A stretch of 64,000 nucleotides of DNA, from NCBI GenBank assembly GCA_033762915.1, contig JANRLD010000107.1, forward strand, positions 31,215-95,214, given 5' to 3'. This DNA comes from Meiothermus sp. Its GTDB lineage: Bacteria; Deinococcota; Deinococci; Deinococcales; Thermaceae. The translations under genes and the position numbers were made by a program. The notes below the pieces were generated by a model, which was not told the origin of the DNA, did not search any database, and saw nothing but the letters and a program-made list of their open reading frames with translations. The stretch's first letter is position 1. Every line of letters starts with the position of its first letter. Below are positions 1 to 9,600 of this stretch, one piece after another.

Positions 1-334
1 TTGGGGCATCGGCAACCCACTTCCGCAGAAAAGAAACTATGGTGCCCAGCGGGGTGCTGGGAGTTCTGGCAGTTTTGGTCGGGCTGGGTCGCTTTGGGGG
101 GTAGGGCGAACCACTTGGGTTTGCGTGTCGTTCCCTTTGTTTTTTGGGGACGGCCCACCCTGTCCCAAATCCTTCTTAACAGAGCCTGGGTAAAGCCCTG
201 GCGGGTTCGCAATATCTCCCCATTAGCAGCGCAGCGGTAATGCCTGGTTGGGCCAGGTTCGGTCTGTTGTTTCTCTACCGCCAGCGTTTGGCCAATCAAA
301 CCGGGGCGGCTCAGGGGATGCGTGGGAACTGCGC

Positions 335-745
335 TCAGGCCGCGCGGGCGGCCTCCTGCATCACCTCGGCCAGTTGGGTGTACACGGCGACCCAGGCCTC
401 GCGCACCTCTTCGGTGAAGTGGCTGCCCAGCGTCTGGTCGAGGGCGTGCAGGAGCGCCCCGGCCACGGTGGCGTAGTGCTCGTCCGTCACGCCGTACTCG
501 AGGTGGCGTACGCCCATACGCTGCACCGCTGGGATCAGCGCTTCGAAGCGCTCGGGGTCGCCCAGCAGGGTGTCGAGCATCTGGCCGAACTTTAGCTGCT
601 GGAGGTGGATCTCGGTGGGGAACATCGGGCGCAGGTCGGGGTCGAGCTCGAAGAGGCGGGCGTAAAAGGCCGAGACGGCCCGGTCGAGGTCGGGCATCAG
701 CACGACGAAGGAGCGGTGGGCAAGCTGAAGCTGCTGGGGGGTCAT
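335..745 (-). CDS. Single-domain globin (flavohemoglobin-type globin domain, no reductase), 136 aa
   Basis: C-terminal part of track ORF 335..1894: MTPQQLQLAHRSF...FYARLFELDPDLRPMF...GVRHLEYGVTDEHYATVAGALL...AWVAVY. The ATG at 745 overlaps the upstream stop (ATGA). Confidence 0.9.
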   Translation of the reverse strand: MTPQQLQLAHRSFVVLMPDLDRAVSAFYARLFELDPDLRPMFPTEIHLQQLKFGQMLDTLLGDPERFEALIPAVQRMGVRHLEYGVTDEHYATVAGALLHALDQTLGSHFTEEVREAWVAVYTQLAEVMQEAARAA

Positions 746-3700
746 GCGCGGCTCCGTCGCCTCAGCTCGAGGTGGCGCAAAAGCGCGTCGGCCTCGAACT
801 CGGGCAGGCTCTCGGCGAGGTTGTTGGCGGCCTCTCGGAAGGCATCGAGGTGGGCGGGGTCGAGCCGGGCCAGGGCCGCGTGTAGGTGAAGGGCCTCGAG
901 CGGGGGAACCTTGCCACCCTCGAGCAGCGCCAGTCCCTCCTGGGGGCCGTCGCCCAGCCGCAGACGCACCGCCAGCAGCTCGGCCAGCGGGCCGGGGGAC
1001 TGGCTGGAGGCGACTGCGACCGTGCGGGCCTTTTCGGTCTGCCCCAGTGCGTGGTAGGCCAGCCCCAGCGCGGCGCGGGCGGTGGTCTGGTCGTTGGGGC
1101 GGGCGTTGGGGTTTTGCAGCACCCGCTCCAGCACCTCCACCGCCGCCTCGGGCTGGCCCAGCGCGGCGCGGCAGTAGGCCAGTTCGGCCTCGAGCTCGAG
1201 GTTGTAGTCCACCCGCCCCAGCTCGGCACGGACGGCCTGAACCTCGGCGAGCAGCTCGAGGGCGGGCTCGGTGCGGCCCAGCAGGCGCAGCAGGTGGGCC
1301 AGGTGGATTCGCCGCCCGATTCGCCCGTCGCCCTCGGAGACCTGATCGCCCAGCAGGATGGACTCCCTGAAGGCCGCCAGGGCCTTGCCCAGTTCGCCGC
1401 GAGCTGCCCGAATCTGAGCCTCGCGGTGTCGGAAGACGCCCTCGAGGCGCGGCTCGCGGGGCTCGCGCACCAGCTCGAGGCCACGCTCGAGGCTCTCCAG
1501 CGCCCCCGCATAATCGCCGTAGTCCACCTTTAGGCCGATCAGGTTGAGGAGGTACGACTTCTCCTGGGTCCGGCTGCCGATCTCCCGCGCTCCCCGGATG
1601 GCCTGTTCCAGCAGCCGTATCCCACCGGCGGTATCGCCGGTCAGCCAGGCGTCGCGGGCGGCGGCGTTGAGCAGGATCAGGGGACCGCGACGGTCGCCGG
1701 CCTGTATGTACAGGGCCCGGGCCTCTTCGCGGTGGCGGGCAGCGTCTTCGAACCTGCGTCCCACCGAGGCCACCACGCCCAGGTCGTTGAAGGCGGTGGC
1801 CCGCATCTGGGGGGCGTCGGCGAGTTCGAGCTCGAGGACGCGCCTGAGCCGGACTTCGGCCTCGTCGTTGCGGCCCAGGCGGTGCAGCGCCCATCCCGCC
1901 ACCAGGAGGAGCCTTGCGGCGGTCTTGGGCGGTAGGTGGGGGTCGGCGGCGGCCTGGTCGGCCCGCTGGGCAGCCTCCTTGATGCGGCCCTGGTCGATCA
2001 GGAACTCGCTTCGGGCAGCGATCACCTCGGCCTGCCCAGCGGGGGTGAGGCGCGCGGCGAGGCTCTCGAGGGCGGCCAGCTCGGCCTCCTGCCCGGCGGG
2101 CTGGGCCAGGTCGCGCTGCAGGCGCAGCCGCTGCAGGCGCACCCCCAGGGCGTGCTCATCGTCCAGCCCGTGCTCCAGCGCCAGCGCGTAGTGCTCGAGG
2201 GCAGCCTGATGGGCGTAGGTGCGCTCGGCGGCCTCAGCGGCCCGGACCCGCCAGGGTGCGGCCTCGGCGGCCCGCCCGGCCCGCTCGAGGTGGGCGGCGA
2301 TGCGGGCGGGCTCGGCCCGGGCGGCCTCGAGGGTCTGGGCCATCCGGCGGTGGACGAGCCGGCGGCGCTCGGGGCTGAGGCTGTCCTCGAGGGTGCGCCG
2401 CACCAGAGGGTGACCAAACCGGTAGCCCGCCCCCTGCGGGGCCAGTAGCCCTGCCCTGAGCCCAACCTCGAGGGCCTCCGTCGCGGCCCACTCGTCGAGG
2501 GCCACGGTGGGGGCCAGGTGCTCCAGCGAGAAGCCGTCGTCGGCCAGGCTGGCGGCCTCGAGCAGGCGCTGGGCGGCGGGCTCGAGGCGGCGCACCCGGT
2601 CCAGGATCGCCTCGCGAACGCCGGGGGGGATGGGCAGCTCGGCGTAGTCGGCGGTCTCGGCGTCGTAGGGGGTGGACCAGCCGCCTTCGTCGGCCTGGAG
2701 CGCCCCGACCTCGTGGAGGTGGCGTAAGGTCTCGAGCAAGTAGAGCGGGTTGCCACCGGTGGCCTGGCGGAGGCGGTGCGCGAACAGCGGCGCGTCCGCC
2801 CCCGAGAGGGTCCGCACAAACGTGCGGACTTCGGCCTCGGACAGGCCCCCGAGCCCCACCCGCGTCAGGCGACCCTCGCGCCGCAGGCCCTCCAGGGCCT
2901 TGGACAGCGCGCCGTTGTCCTCGAGCTCATCGGGCCGCGCGGTGGCGATCAGCCGCGGCCCCAGCGGCGCCTTGCGGGCCAGGTGCAGCACCAGCTCGAG
3001 GCTGCTGGGGTCGGCCCAGTGCAGGTCGTCAAAGACCATGGCCCCGCCCGGCCCGGCCGCCGCCACCAGCGCCCGGCTGAGCGCCTCGAGAAAGCGGGCC
3101 TTACCCTCGGCCAGGGGCTGGCTTTGCACCAGGCTGGGCTCGAGTTCGGGCACCAGCCGGGCCGCTTCGCTGCGCCAGACCGCCTCGAGGCTTTCCAGTC
3201 GTCTGCGCTGCCGGGGGTCGCCCAGGGCGGCCCGCAGTGCCTCGGCGGTGGGGTAGTGGGGGGTCTGGAGGGCGATCTCCTGCGCCCGCAGCAGCAGCGG
3301 GGTGCCAAAGGTGGCCGCGAAGCCGAGGGCCAGCCGCGTCTTTCCCACCCCCGGCTCGCCCACCAGCAGTATCAGCCCCGGCCCACCCGCCTCCAGCGCC
3401 GCCCAGGCCTCCTTGCGCCCGATCAGGGGCGGGTTGAGGCTGAGGGCGGGGGCGGCCGGTCCCCTGGCGGCGGGCTCGAGCAAGGCCTCGGTCTGCCGCG
3501 CCCGCTCGGCCACCGCGACCGTCTCGGGGAGCGGATCTAGGCCCAGCTCGGCCTTGAGCAGCTTCTTGAAGCGCTCGAAGCGGCCCTGGGCCTTCTCCCG
3601 CTCCCCCAGCAGTCCATGCAACCGGACGGCCTCGCGCTGGTGCGACTCCTGCAGCTCGTCCTCGGCCAGCAGGGCCAGGTGGGCCTCGAGCGCCCCCCGC

Positions 3701-4182
3701 AGGTCGCCCGCCGCCTCGAGTGCCCCCGCCTGGCGGTTCAGGGCGGCTCGGCGGGTCTCGGCCAGCTGCTCGCGGCGGAACTCCAGCCACTCCCCGAACT
3801 CCAGCGCTTCCAGGGGGCCGAAGCCCTCCAGCAGTGGCCCCCGGTACAGCGCCAGTGCGCCCGCGAGGTCGCCCGCCTCCAGCCGCGCCTCGAACTCGGC
3901 CACGTCGGTGTGGACGGGCGGGTTCAGCCAGACCGTCTCGGCGTCGGAGTCCAGCCAGCCCCCGAAAGCCGGTCGAAGCTCCCGCGAGAGTACCTGCCGC
4001 AGGTTGCGCCGGGCGGTCTCCTCGCCCAGTTCCGACCACAGCAGGTCGGCCAGCTTGGAGCGGGGGGTACGGCCCTCGAGGGCCAGGTAGACCGCCAGTG
4101 CCGCTGCCTTGCGCACCGGCAGCCGCACCGACCGGCCCTCAAGCCTGAATTCAAACTCCCCCAACAGTCGCGCTTCAATCAC
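742..4182 (-). CDS. SARP/BTAD-family transcriptional regulator with AAA ATPase and TPR region
   Basis: N-terminal 'IEARLLGEF...AALAVYLAL...LLWSE...ARRNLRQ' wHTH, BTAD 'ALALYRGPLLEG...EWLE', Walker A GEPGVGKT, Walker B VFDDLHWAD, GGNPLYL, TPR-like helices. GTG start at 4182 is inferred. Confidence 0.88.
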   Translation of the reverse strand: MIEARLLGEFEFRLEGRSVRLPVRKAAALAVYLALEGRTPRSKLADLLWSELGEETARRNLRQVLSRELRPAFGGWLDSDAETVWLNPPVHTDVAEFEARLEAGDLAGALALYRGPLLEGFGPLEALEFGEWLEFRREQLAETRRAALNRQAGALEAAGDLRGALEAHLALLAEDELQESHQREAVRLHGLLGEREKAQGRFERFKKLLKAELGLDPLPETVAVAERARQTEALLEPAARGPAAPALSLNPPLIGRKEAWAALEAGGPGLILLVGEPGVGKTRLALGFAATFGTPLLLRAQEIALQTPHYPTAEALRAALGDPRQRRRLESLEAVWRSEAARLVPELEPSLVQSQPLAEGKARFLEALSRALVAAAGPGGAMVFDDLHWADPSSLELVLHLARKAPLGPRLIATARPDELEDNGALSKALEGLRREGRLTRVGLGGLSEAEVRTFVRTLSGADAPLFAHRLRQATGGNPLYLLETLRHLHEVGALQADEGGWSTPYDAETADYAELPIPPGVREAILDRVRRLEPAAQRLLEAASLADDGFSLEHLAPTVALDEWAATEALEVGLRAGLLAPQGAGYRFGHPLVRRTLEDSLSPERRRLVHRRMAQTLEAARAEPARIAAHLERAGRAAEAAPWRVRAAEAAERTYAHQAALEHYALALEHGLDDEHALGVRLQRLRLQRDLAQPAGQEAELAALESLAARLTPAGQAEVIAARSEFLIDQGRIKEAAQRADQAAADPHLPPKTAARLLLVAGWALHRLGRNDEAEVRLRRVLELELADAPQMRATAFNDLGVVASVGRRFEDAARHREEARALYIQAGDRRGPLILLNAAARDAWLTGDTAGGIRLLEQAIRGAREIGSRTQEKSYLLNLIGLKVDYGDYAGALESLERGLELVREPREPRLEGVFRHREAQIRAARGELGKALAAFRESILLGDQVSEGDGRIGRRIHLAHLLRLLGRTEPALELLAEVQAVRAELGRVDYNLELEAELAYCRAALGQPEAAVEVLERVLQNPNARPNDQTTARAALGLAYHALGQTEKARTVAVASSQSPGPLAELLAVRLRLGDGPQEGLALLEGGKVPPLEALHLHAALARLDPAHLDAFREAANNLAESLPEFEADALLRHLELRRRSRA

Positions 4183-4310
4183 GTCCGCCCACCCCGCGTT
4201 GTGTGCTGGCGCAATCCTACAGCCAAACTCAGAAAAGTTTTGGTCAATCACGCTTGGCGTTACGGGTTGGGCGAGTGAGGCGGGGACGGGACTTGACCCT
4301 GATGCGGCTC

Positions 4311-5237
4311 CTACCTGCCGGTCTTTCGGCCCTGCTTGTAGCTAGATCTGCTGTCCCTCGCGTCGGCCTGGTCGGTGGGGGGCTGAAGCATCTCGAAGGT
4401 CGGGGCATCTGCTCCGGGAACCTCGTGGCCCTCGTAAAACACCCGGCTGCCGGTCTTGGCGTAGCCCAGCCAGAGCACCTTCAGCTGACCTCCGTCCGCC
4501 ACCCTAAGCGGCTTTCCGGCGTGGTAGGCCCGCCCGGCGTCCCTGGCGTAGCCGCCCTCCAGCACCTCGAACGAGTCCGCCCGCGCCCCCTCGAGCCCCC
4601 AGGCCAGCACCGCCGGGGGCGGGAGGCCCAGGTCGACGAAGGCGTAGAAGAGATGGGCCTTGTCGCGAGCGTAATGGTCGTCCAGCGCAACGAAGCTGCC
4701 GCCGTCGCTGCCGGGGATGGGAACGTCGTTGTAGTAGCCGGAGAAGCGGTCTTGAGCGAACAGGCCGTGGTTCAGCAGCTCGAAGCTGGCCGCGTCCCGC
4801 ACCTCGAAGGGCACGCCCTCGAAAAAGACCTTCTGGCTGTCCTTGGCGTAGCCGCGCCGCATCACCCGGAAGCTGGCGGGATCGGCCTCGAGCACCTTCA
4901 CCACGCGGCGCTGGGTGGTGAAGTAGTCCTCGCTCTCGCGGCGGGCGAAGCAGTAGTAGACCTGGGCGCGGTCCCGGGCGTAATGGCGGTCGAGCACCTC
5001 GAAGCTGGGGCCGTTGCTGCCCGAGATGGCCAGCCCGCGAAAGTAGCCGTGCCGCTGGCTTCGGGCAAACTCACCGCCCAGGGGGGTCAGGCGCTCGCCG
5101 GGATGGAGCTGAAGGGGCTGATTGCGGTAAAACCAGACGCCGCCGCGCTGCTGGTAGGGCTCCTTGGTGCCGCAGCCGGTCAGCAGTGTGAGCAGTCCCA
5201 TTGCCAGGGTACCTAGTCCCTTTGCGGCCAGTTTCAC
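4311..5237 (-). CDS. DKNYY-repeat lipoprotein
   Basis: GTG at 5237 with AAGGAG RBS, lipobox LLTGC, repeated YARDxxxVYY/YAKDxxxVFF units each preceded by 'ADPASF'-like segments. Confidence 0.8.
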   Translation of the reverse strand: MKLAAKGLGTLAMGLLTLLTGCGTKEPYQQRGGVWFYRNQPLQLHPGERLTPLGGEFARSQRHGYFRGLAISGSNGPSFEVLDRHYARDRAQVYYCFARRESEDYFTTQRRVVKVLEADPASFRVMRRGYAKDSQKVFFEGVPFEVRDAASFELLNHGLFAQDRFSGYYNDVPIPGSDGGSFVALDDHYARDKAHLFYAFVDLGLPPPAVLAWGLEGARADSFEVLEGGYARDAGRAYHAGKPLRVADGGQLKVLWLGYAKTGSRVFYEGHEVPGADAPTFEMLQPPTDQADARDSRSSYKQGRKTGR

Positions 5238-5305
5238 GTCTTTGCTCCTTGGGGCGGGTTGGCCTGATGCCAGGCTGCCCACAGGACCCGGGGTTTCCCC
5301 CAGGC

Positions 5306-5863
5306 TCACCGGGCATAGCTCGAGGGCTGCCGGACCGGGGTGGGGGGCATCTGGAAGGGGGCGGGGGCGGCTTCGGGCTCTTGGGCGTCCTCGAAGCTGA
5401 CCCACTCGCTGAAGTTGCTCTCGGCGGCCAGGGCGGCGGCCTTGGCGCGGTGGGCGCGGCTCTCGGGGGTGCCGAAGATGGGGCGCAACGGGCCGTAGTC
5501 GGAGGCCTCGAGTCGGGGCTCGAGGCCCTTGCTGCCGAAGATGGGCCGGAGGGCGGGGTACTTTTCCTCAACGGGCTTGGCCCTGGCCACAGGCTCGTCG
5601 GCGGGGGCCTGGACGGGCGTGAAGGCCTTCGCGCCGTAGAGGGAGCGCGGCGGGCCGTAGCGGTAGGGCCCCGAGACCGGCTGGGCTGGCTGGGCCACCT
5701 GGGCCAAGGGGGTTTTGGCCTGGGCGGGCCTGGCTATGGGGGTATGCAGTGCGGGTTTATGGACAGTGGCTGCAGGGGTGCGGGCGGCCGAGAAGAGGGA
5801 CAGGATGCCGTGGAAGAAGGAGCCGCGGTGGGCGTGGTGGGGGGCTGCTAGGGTGGCGTTCAT
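5306..5863 (-). CDS. Hypothetical Pro/Ala-rich protein with three YxxxRxxYG/FG repeats
   Basis: 185-aa ORF with YGPPRSLYG, YPALRPIFG and YGPLRPIFG; CATACT -10-like box 7 nt upstream of the ATG (leaderless). Confidence 0.65.
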   Translation of the reverse strand: MNATLAAPHHAHRGSFFHGILSLFSAARTPAATVHKPALHTPIARPAQAKTPLAQVAQPAQPVSGPYRYGPPRSLYGAKAFTPVQAPADEPVARAKPVEEKYPALRPIFGSKGLEPRLEASDYGPLRPIFGTPESRAHRAKAAALAAESNFSEWVSFEDAQEPEAAPAPFQMPPTPVRQPSSYAR

Positions 5864-5870
5864 GGCTTTC

Positions 5871-5904
5871 AGTATGAAAAACGGGGCGTGGCCGGGGCGT
5901 GGCC
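5871..5904 (-). promoter_or_regulatory. Promoter with tandem 11-bp direct repeat (GGCCACGCCCC)x2-N6-CATACT
   Basis: Minus strand reads ggccacgcccc ggccacgcccc gttttt catact gaaagcc ATG. Confidence 0.65.
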
Positions 5905-5917
5905 TGGGGCCCGCGGC

Positions 5918-6094
5918 TCAGGCCACGGGCTTGGGCCGGGCCGAGGAGCGGGTCGGACGTAGGGCGTGCAGGAGGGGCTCGAGCCAAGCCACGGGGGGGC
6001 GGGCGGCCTGCCGAGCCAGGGCTTGCTGGGCGGCCTCGCGGTGCAGCCGCTCGAGGTGCTCTTGGGTGTGGGGGAGAAGGAAGTGGGGGTTCAT
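5918..6094 (-). CDS. Small hypothetical protein, 58 aa (MNPHFLLPHTQEHLERLHREAAQQALARQA...)
   Basis: Not in the ORF track (below its length cutoff); AAGGAG RBS, ATG at 6094, TGA at 5918-5920. Confidence 0.65.
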   Translation of the reverse strand: MNPHFLLPHTQEHLERLHREAAQQALARQAARPPVAWLEPLLHALRPTRSSARPKPVA

Positions 6095-6112
6095 GGGTTG
6101 CTCCTTGGGGGA

Positions 6113-6325
6113 CTAGCGGATGCCTTTGCGGTTAGGGGCGGCTTGGAGTTGCTCGGCCATCTCCCGAAGCTGGGTGCTGAGGTCTTCCAGGCGGCTGAAG
6201 TACAACCGCCGGCCGGTGTGGGTCTCCTCGAGGCTGGCCCGCACGCCCTGATCGGACTCGAGCCACAGGTGCACCACCAGCGAGGTTCGGCGGGACGGCT
6301 TGGCGGTTAGGGTGGTCTGGCTCAT
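6113..6325 (-). CDS. Small hypothetical protein, 70 aa (SLVVHLWLE...VRASLEETHTGRRLYFSRLEDL)
   Basis: AGGAGG RBS before ATG 6325; C-terminal part of track ORF 6113..6622. Confidence 0.7.
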   Translation of the reverse strand: MSQTTLTAKPSRRTSLVVHLWLESDQGVRASLEETHTGRRLYFSRLEDLSTQLREMAEQLQAAPNRKGIR

Positions 6326-6377
6326 GGGTTCCTCCTGCGTTTGGTCGGTGTCGGCACACTTCGCCACTGCCTGGCCA

Positions 6378-6411
6378 AGGGTACCGAAAGCGCCGTGGCC
6401 TGGGCGTGGCC
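6378..6411 (-). promoter_or_regulatory. Promoter with tandem 11-bp GGCCACG repeat-N6-TACCCT
   Basis: Minus strand reads ggccacgccca ggccacggcgc tttcgg taccct; same spacing as 5871-5904. Confidence 0.6.
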
Positions 6412-6679
6412 CAGCGGGGCAACCTGCAGGGGCGAACCCCACCGCGATGCCTGGCGGCGAACCACGCGGCCACTGCCCCAGGCCCGCCGTGCACCAAAGA
6501 GGGGCCAGGTACAAACCCCCAAGGCGGAGTTCAGGAGCGGTTGCGGCCGCTGGTGGAACACCGGCCTGCGGGGGTGGACTGGTCCGGGCGGAACGCGTGT
6601 GGCCCTCGAGCCCACCCGGCAAAAGAGCCGCGACGCTCGACCGGCGTCTCTCGGCCCGGGCTTCAGCACCCGCTCCCGG

Positions 6680-9600
6680 CTACCGAACCGCCTCGCGCCG
6701 CATGCCTAAGGTCTTGAGCTCGATGCCCTGCCCGCGCAAGGCCGCGAGGTCGGCCTCGAGGGTGCGAACCGAGACCCCCAGCACCTCGGCCAACTCGCTT
6801 TGCATGGGGACGGCCCCTTGGGCGGCAGCCTCCAGCACCAGCCGCCTTAGGCGGTGCTGGCGCAGCCCCACCTTGCCATCTTGCGAAAAGTGCTGCTTGT
6901 CCGAGGCTTCACTGTCCAGCGTCCAGACCAGCGGGATTTTGCTCGAGCCGTCGGCCGAGGTAAGTTCTACCGTGGCGGTTTCAACGGTTTGTTGCTTCCA
7001 CAGCTCGAGCACCGCTTTGGGGTAGTGGCTCTGGAGAAAATCCTGGCGGTGTTGGGCGTCTTTGAAGTTGGCCGCAAAGGCCAGTGTAACCAGCCGTGCG
7101 GCCTCGAGGTCGGTGGCTTGGCCTTCGACCAAGAAACGCACGTAGTGCCACCAGATAAGCCCAAAAGCCCTGCCCAGGGCGGCTTTGTGCGGTGTGGCTT
7201 GGGCCAACAGGGCTCTGGCCTCGGCCGGCAAACCCGCAAACCAGGCCATCTCGGCGGCAAACACTTGCAGGAGAACCTGGTTGGCCGGATTATTGGCAAA
7301 GACCTGGATGTTGGTCAGGAGGTAGCCGTAGCCCTCGAGGTAGCGCGACTGCGCCCGGCGAACCACCGCCATCACCGTACGGGCTTTAACCTCCCCGTCG
7401 CCCTTTCCCTGCCCTTCTACCGCCGCCATCACCGGTTGCATCAGGGCCTCGGCCTCGGCGGGACGCTCCAAAAAGGCCAGCAACTCGGCCAAGGTCGAGA
7501 GGTAATAGGCCGTACGGTTGGGGTCGAGTTGGCCTTGACGTACCTGGGCCAGATCGGCCATTTCCTCGGCCCAAGCCAGGGCTTCCCGGTACTGCCCGGT
7601 CATTTTTTGAACCAGGGTCAGGTTCTGTAGGGCCAGCGAAAGACTGACAGTGTTGCCCACGATCCGGCTGGCCTCGATCTGACGCTTGAAGGCCTCGGCG
7701 GCCTCTTCATAGCGGTCTTGGAACAAGTACAGCAGACCCCGATTGGAGTGCAGCGAAAGCTCGAACCCCGCCAGTTCGGGATGCTGGTTGAAGAGGGTTT
7801 CGGCCTGGTTGAGAGACTGCTCGAGGGCGCTCAGGTTTTTCTGCCGCCCGTAGCAGGTCATTAGCGCGTTAAGGGCCCCGAAGCGAAGTCGGCTGGCCAG
7901 GCCGTAGCTCGAGGCGAGAAGCTGAGCCCGCTCGGCCAGGGGTAGGGCAGACACCGGATCAACGAACCGTCCCGCCAGGGTGAGTGCGATGGTGTTGAGC
8001 ATCTGTACTTCGTGCTCTAGGTTGCCGCTGTTCTTGGCCTCGGCCAGCGCCGATTCAGCAGCGGTGCGGTATCCCGATACATCCCCCTTGGCGGTAATCG
8101 CCTTTAGCCTCAGCAGATGGGCATCAAAGACCAACTCGTCGAGTCCGGCCCGGCGGGCGGCGGCCTCGAGTTCATCGAGCTGATCCAGCACTTCGCTGCT
8201 GGGGTTTCGGGTATAGCGGAGGTGCTGTTGGAGTAGGCGCAGTTGCAGTGCCTCCGCCGATGCTTGGGCAGAATCGGGCAGGTGCTGTTGCGCCTGCTCT
8301 AGGTATCGGTCGGCCTGTGGCAACGAATCATGGCTGAGGGCCTCTCGAGCCGCCCGCAGGTACAACGTGGTACAAGCCTCCAACATCCCGGCTTCGCGGG
8401 CGTGGAGGGCTAGGGTGGCGCTGGGTTCTGTACCGTTCGATAAGGCCTTAAGCGCTTTGCCATGCCAGGTCTGCCGCCGCTCCGAGCCCATCCCCTGGTA
8501 AATCAGCGAGCGAATCAGGTCGTGTTGAAAGCACAGCTTAGTGTCTTCCTGGTGTAGCAGACGGGCCTCGAGCAACTTCTGTACCGGCGGCACAAAGTCC
8601 AGCATGGCTGCCCAAACTGCACCATCAAACGCGTTTCCCAACACGCTGGCGGCCTCGAGGGCTTGCCTTGAGCGCTCATCCAGCCGCTCGAAGCGCTGGC
8701 GCAGCAGCCCCTCGAGGTGCTCTGCCGAGCCGCTGCCCCGCAGCAGTTCGCCCAGCACCAACGGGTTGCCACTGCTCAGGCGGTAGAGGTGCTCGAGTTG
8801 GTTTTTGTCTAGGGTTTTGCCCAAGCTCTTGGCCAGGGTTTCGCACTCCTCGAGACTCAGGCCAGAAAGCTCGAGATGCAGCACCGACCCCTCGCGCTGC
8901 AGGTTGGAAAGCGCCTCGAGGGCGAAGGGTTCGCCGTGTAGCTCCTGGCTGCGATGGGCTAGCACCAGCAGAAGCTGCTGCTGGCGGGCCAACCGCGCCA
9001 GCACCGGCAACAAAGCCCAGAACAGGTCGCCTGCCCATTGCAGGTCATCGAGCAACAGCACCACAGGCTCGTCCAGCTTGAGCAGCCAGCGTTCTAGGGC
9101 CGCACCCACCGCGCTGGAAGACGAGCTTAGGGCACGGTCGGGGGCAGCCTCGAGCAGTGGCCTGAGGGTCTCGCGCATCAGCGGCGAGGCCACTTCCAGC
9201 AGCAGACCGGCCTCACGCATGGCGGCGTCGAGGGGGGCATAGGGGGTCTCGTGTTGTTCGCTGGCGGCCCCACGCAACACCGCCAGGCGGTGCCACCGGG
9301 CCAGTTGCGCTGCTTCCTCTAGTAGCCGGGTTTTGCCCAGCCCCGGTTCGCCCTCCAGCAGCATGATCCCACCCTGTCCAGCCCGCAACTCCTCCAACCG
9401 GTCGGCAAAGGCCCGCAGTTCCTTAGTGCGCCCCACCAGCGAGCGGTAGCTCTGGTCGCTGGGCCGCAGGCTGTGCACAAAGGCTTGGGTCTCGCGCCGG
9501 GGCATCAGGTTCAGTTCGCGCTCCAGGGTTTGCTTAAGGGCTTCGTACTGCGCCAGGGCGTCTGCAGTGCGGTTCTGAGCGGCATAGAGGCGAATCAAGG

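Noticed and set aside
746..1894. Long N-terminal extension of the globin ORF (519 aa in the track)
   Set aside because: It is an Arg/Pro/Gly-rich shadow frame inside the regulator gene; the globin starts at ATG 745.
5306..5863. YG-containing ORF as a confirmed RiPP (spliceotide-type) precursor
   Set aside because: No radical SAM enzyme, P450, peptidase or exporter is encoded nearby; kept only as an unexplained motif.
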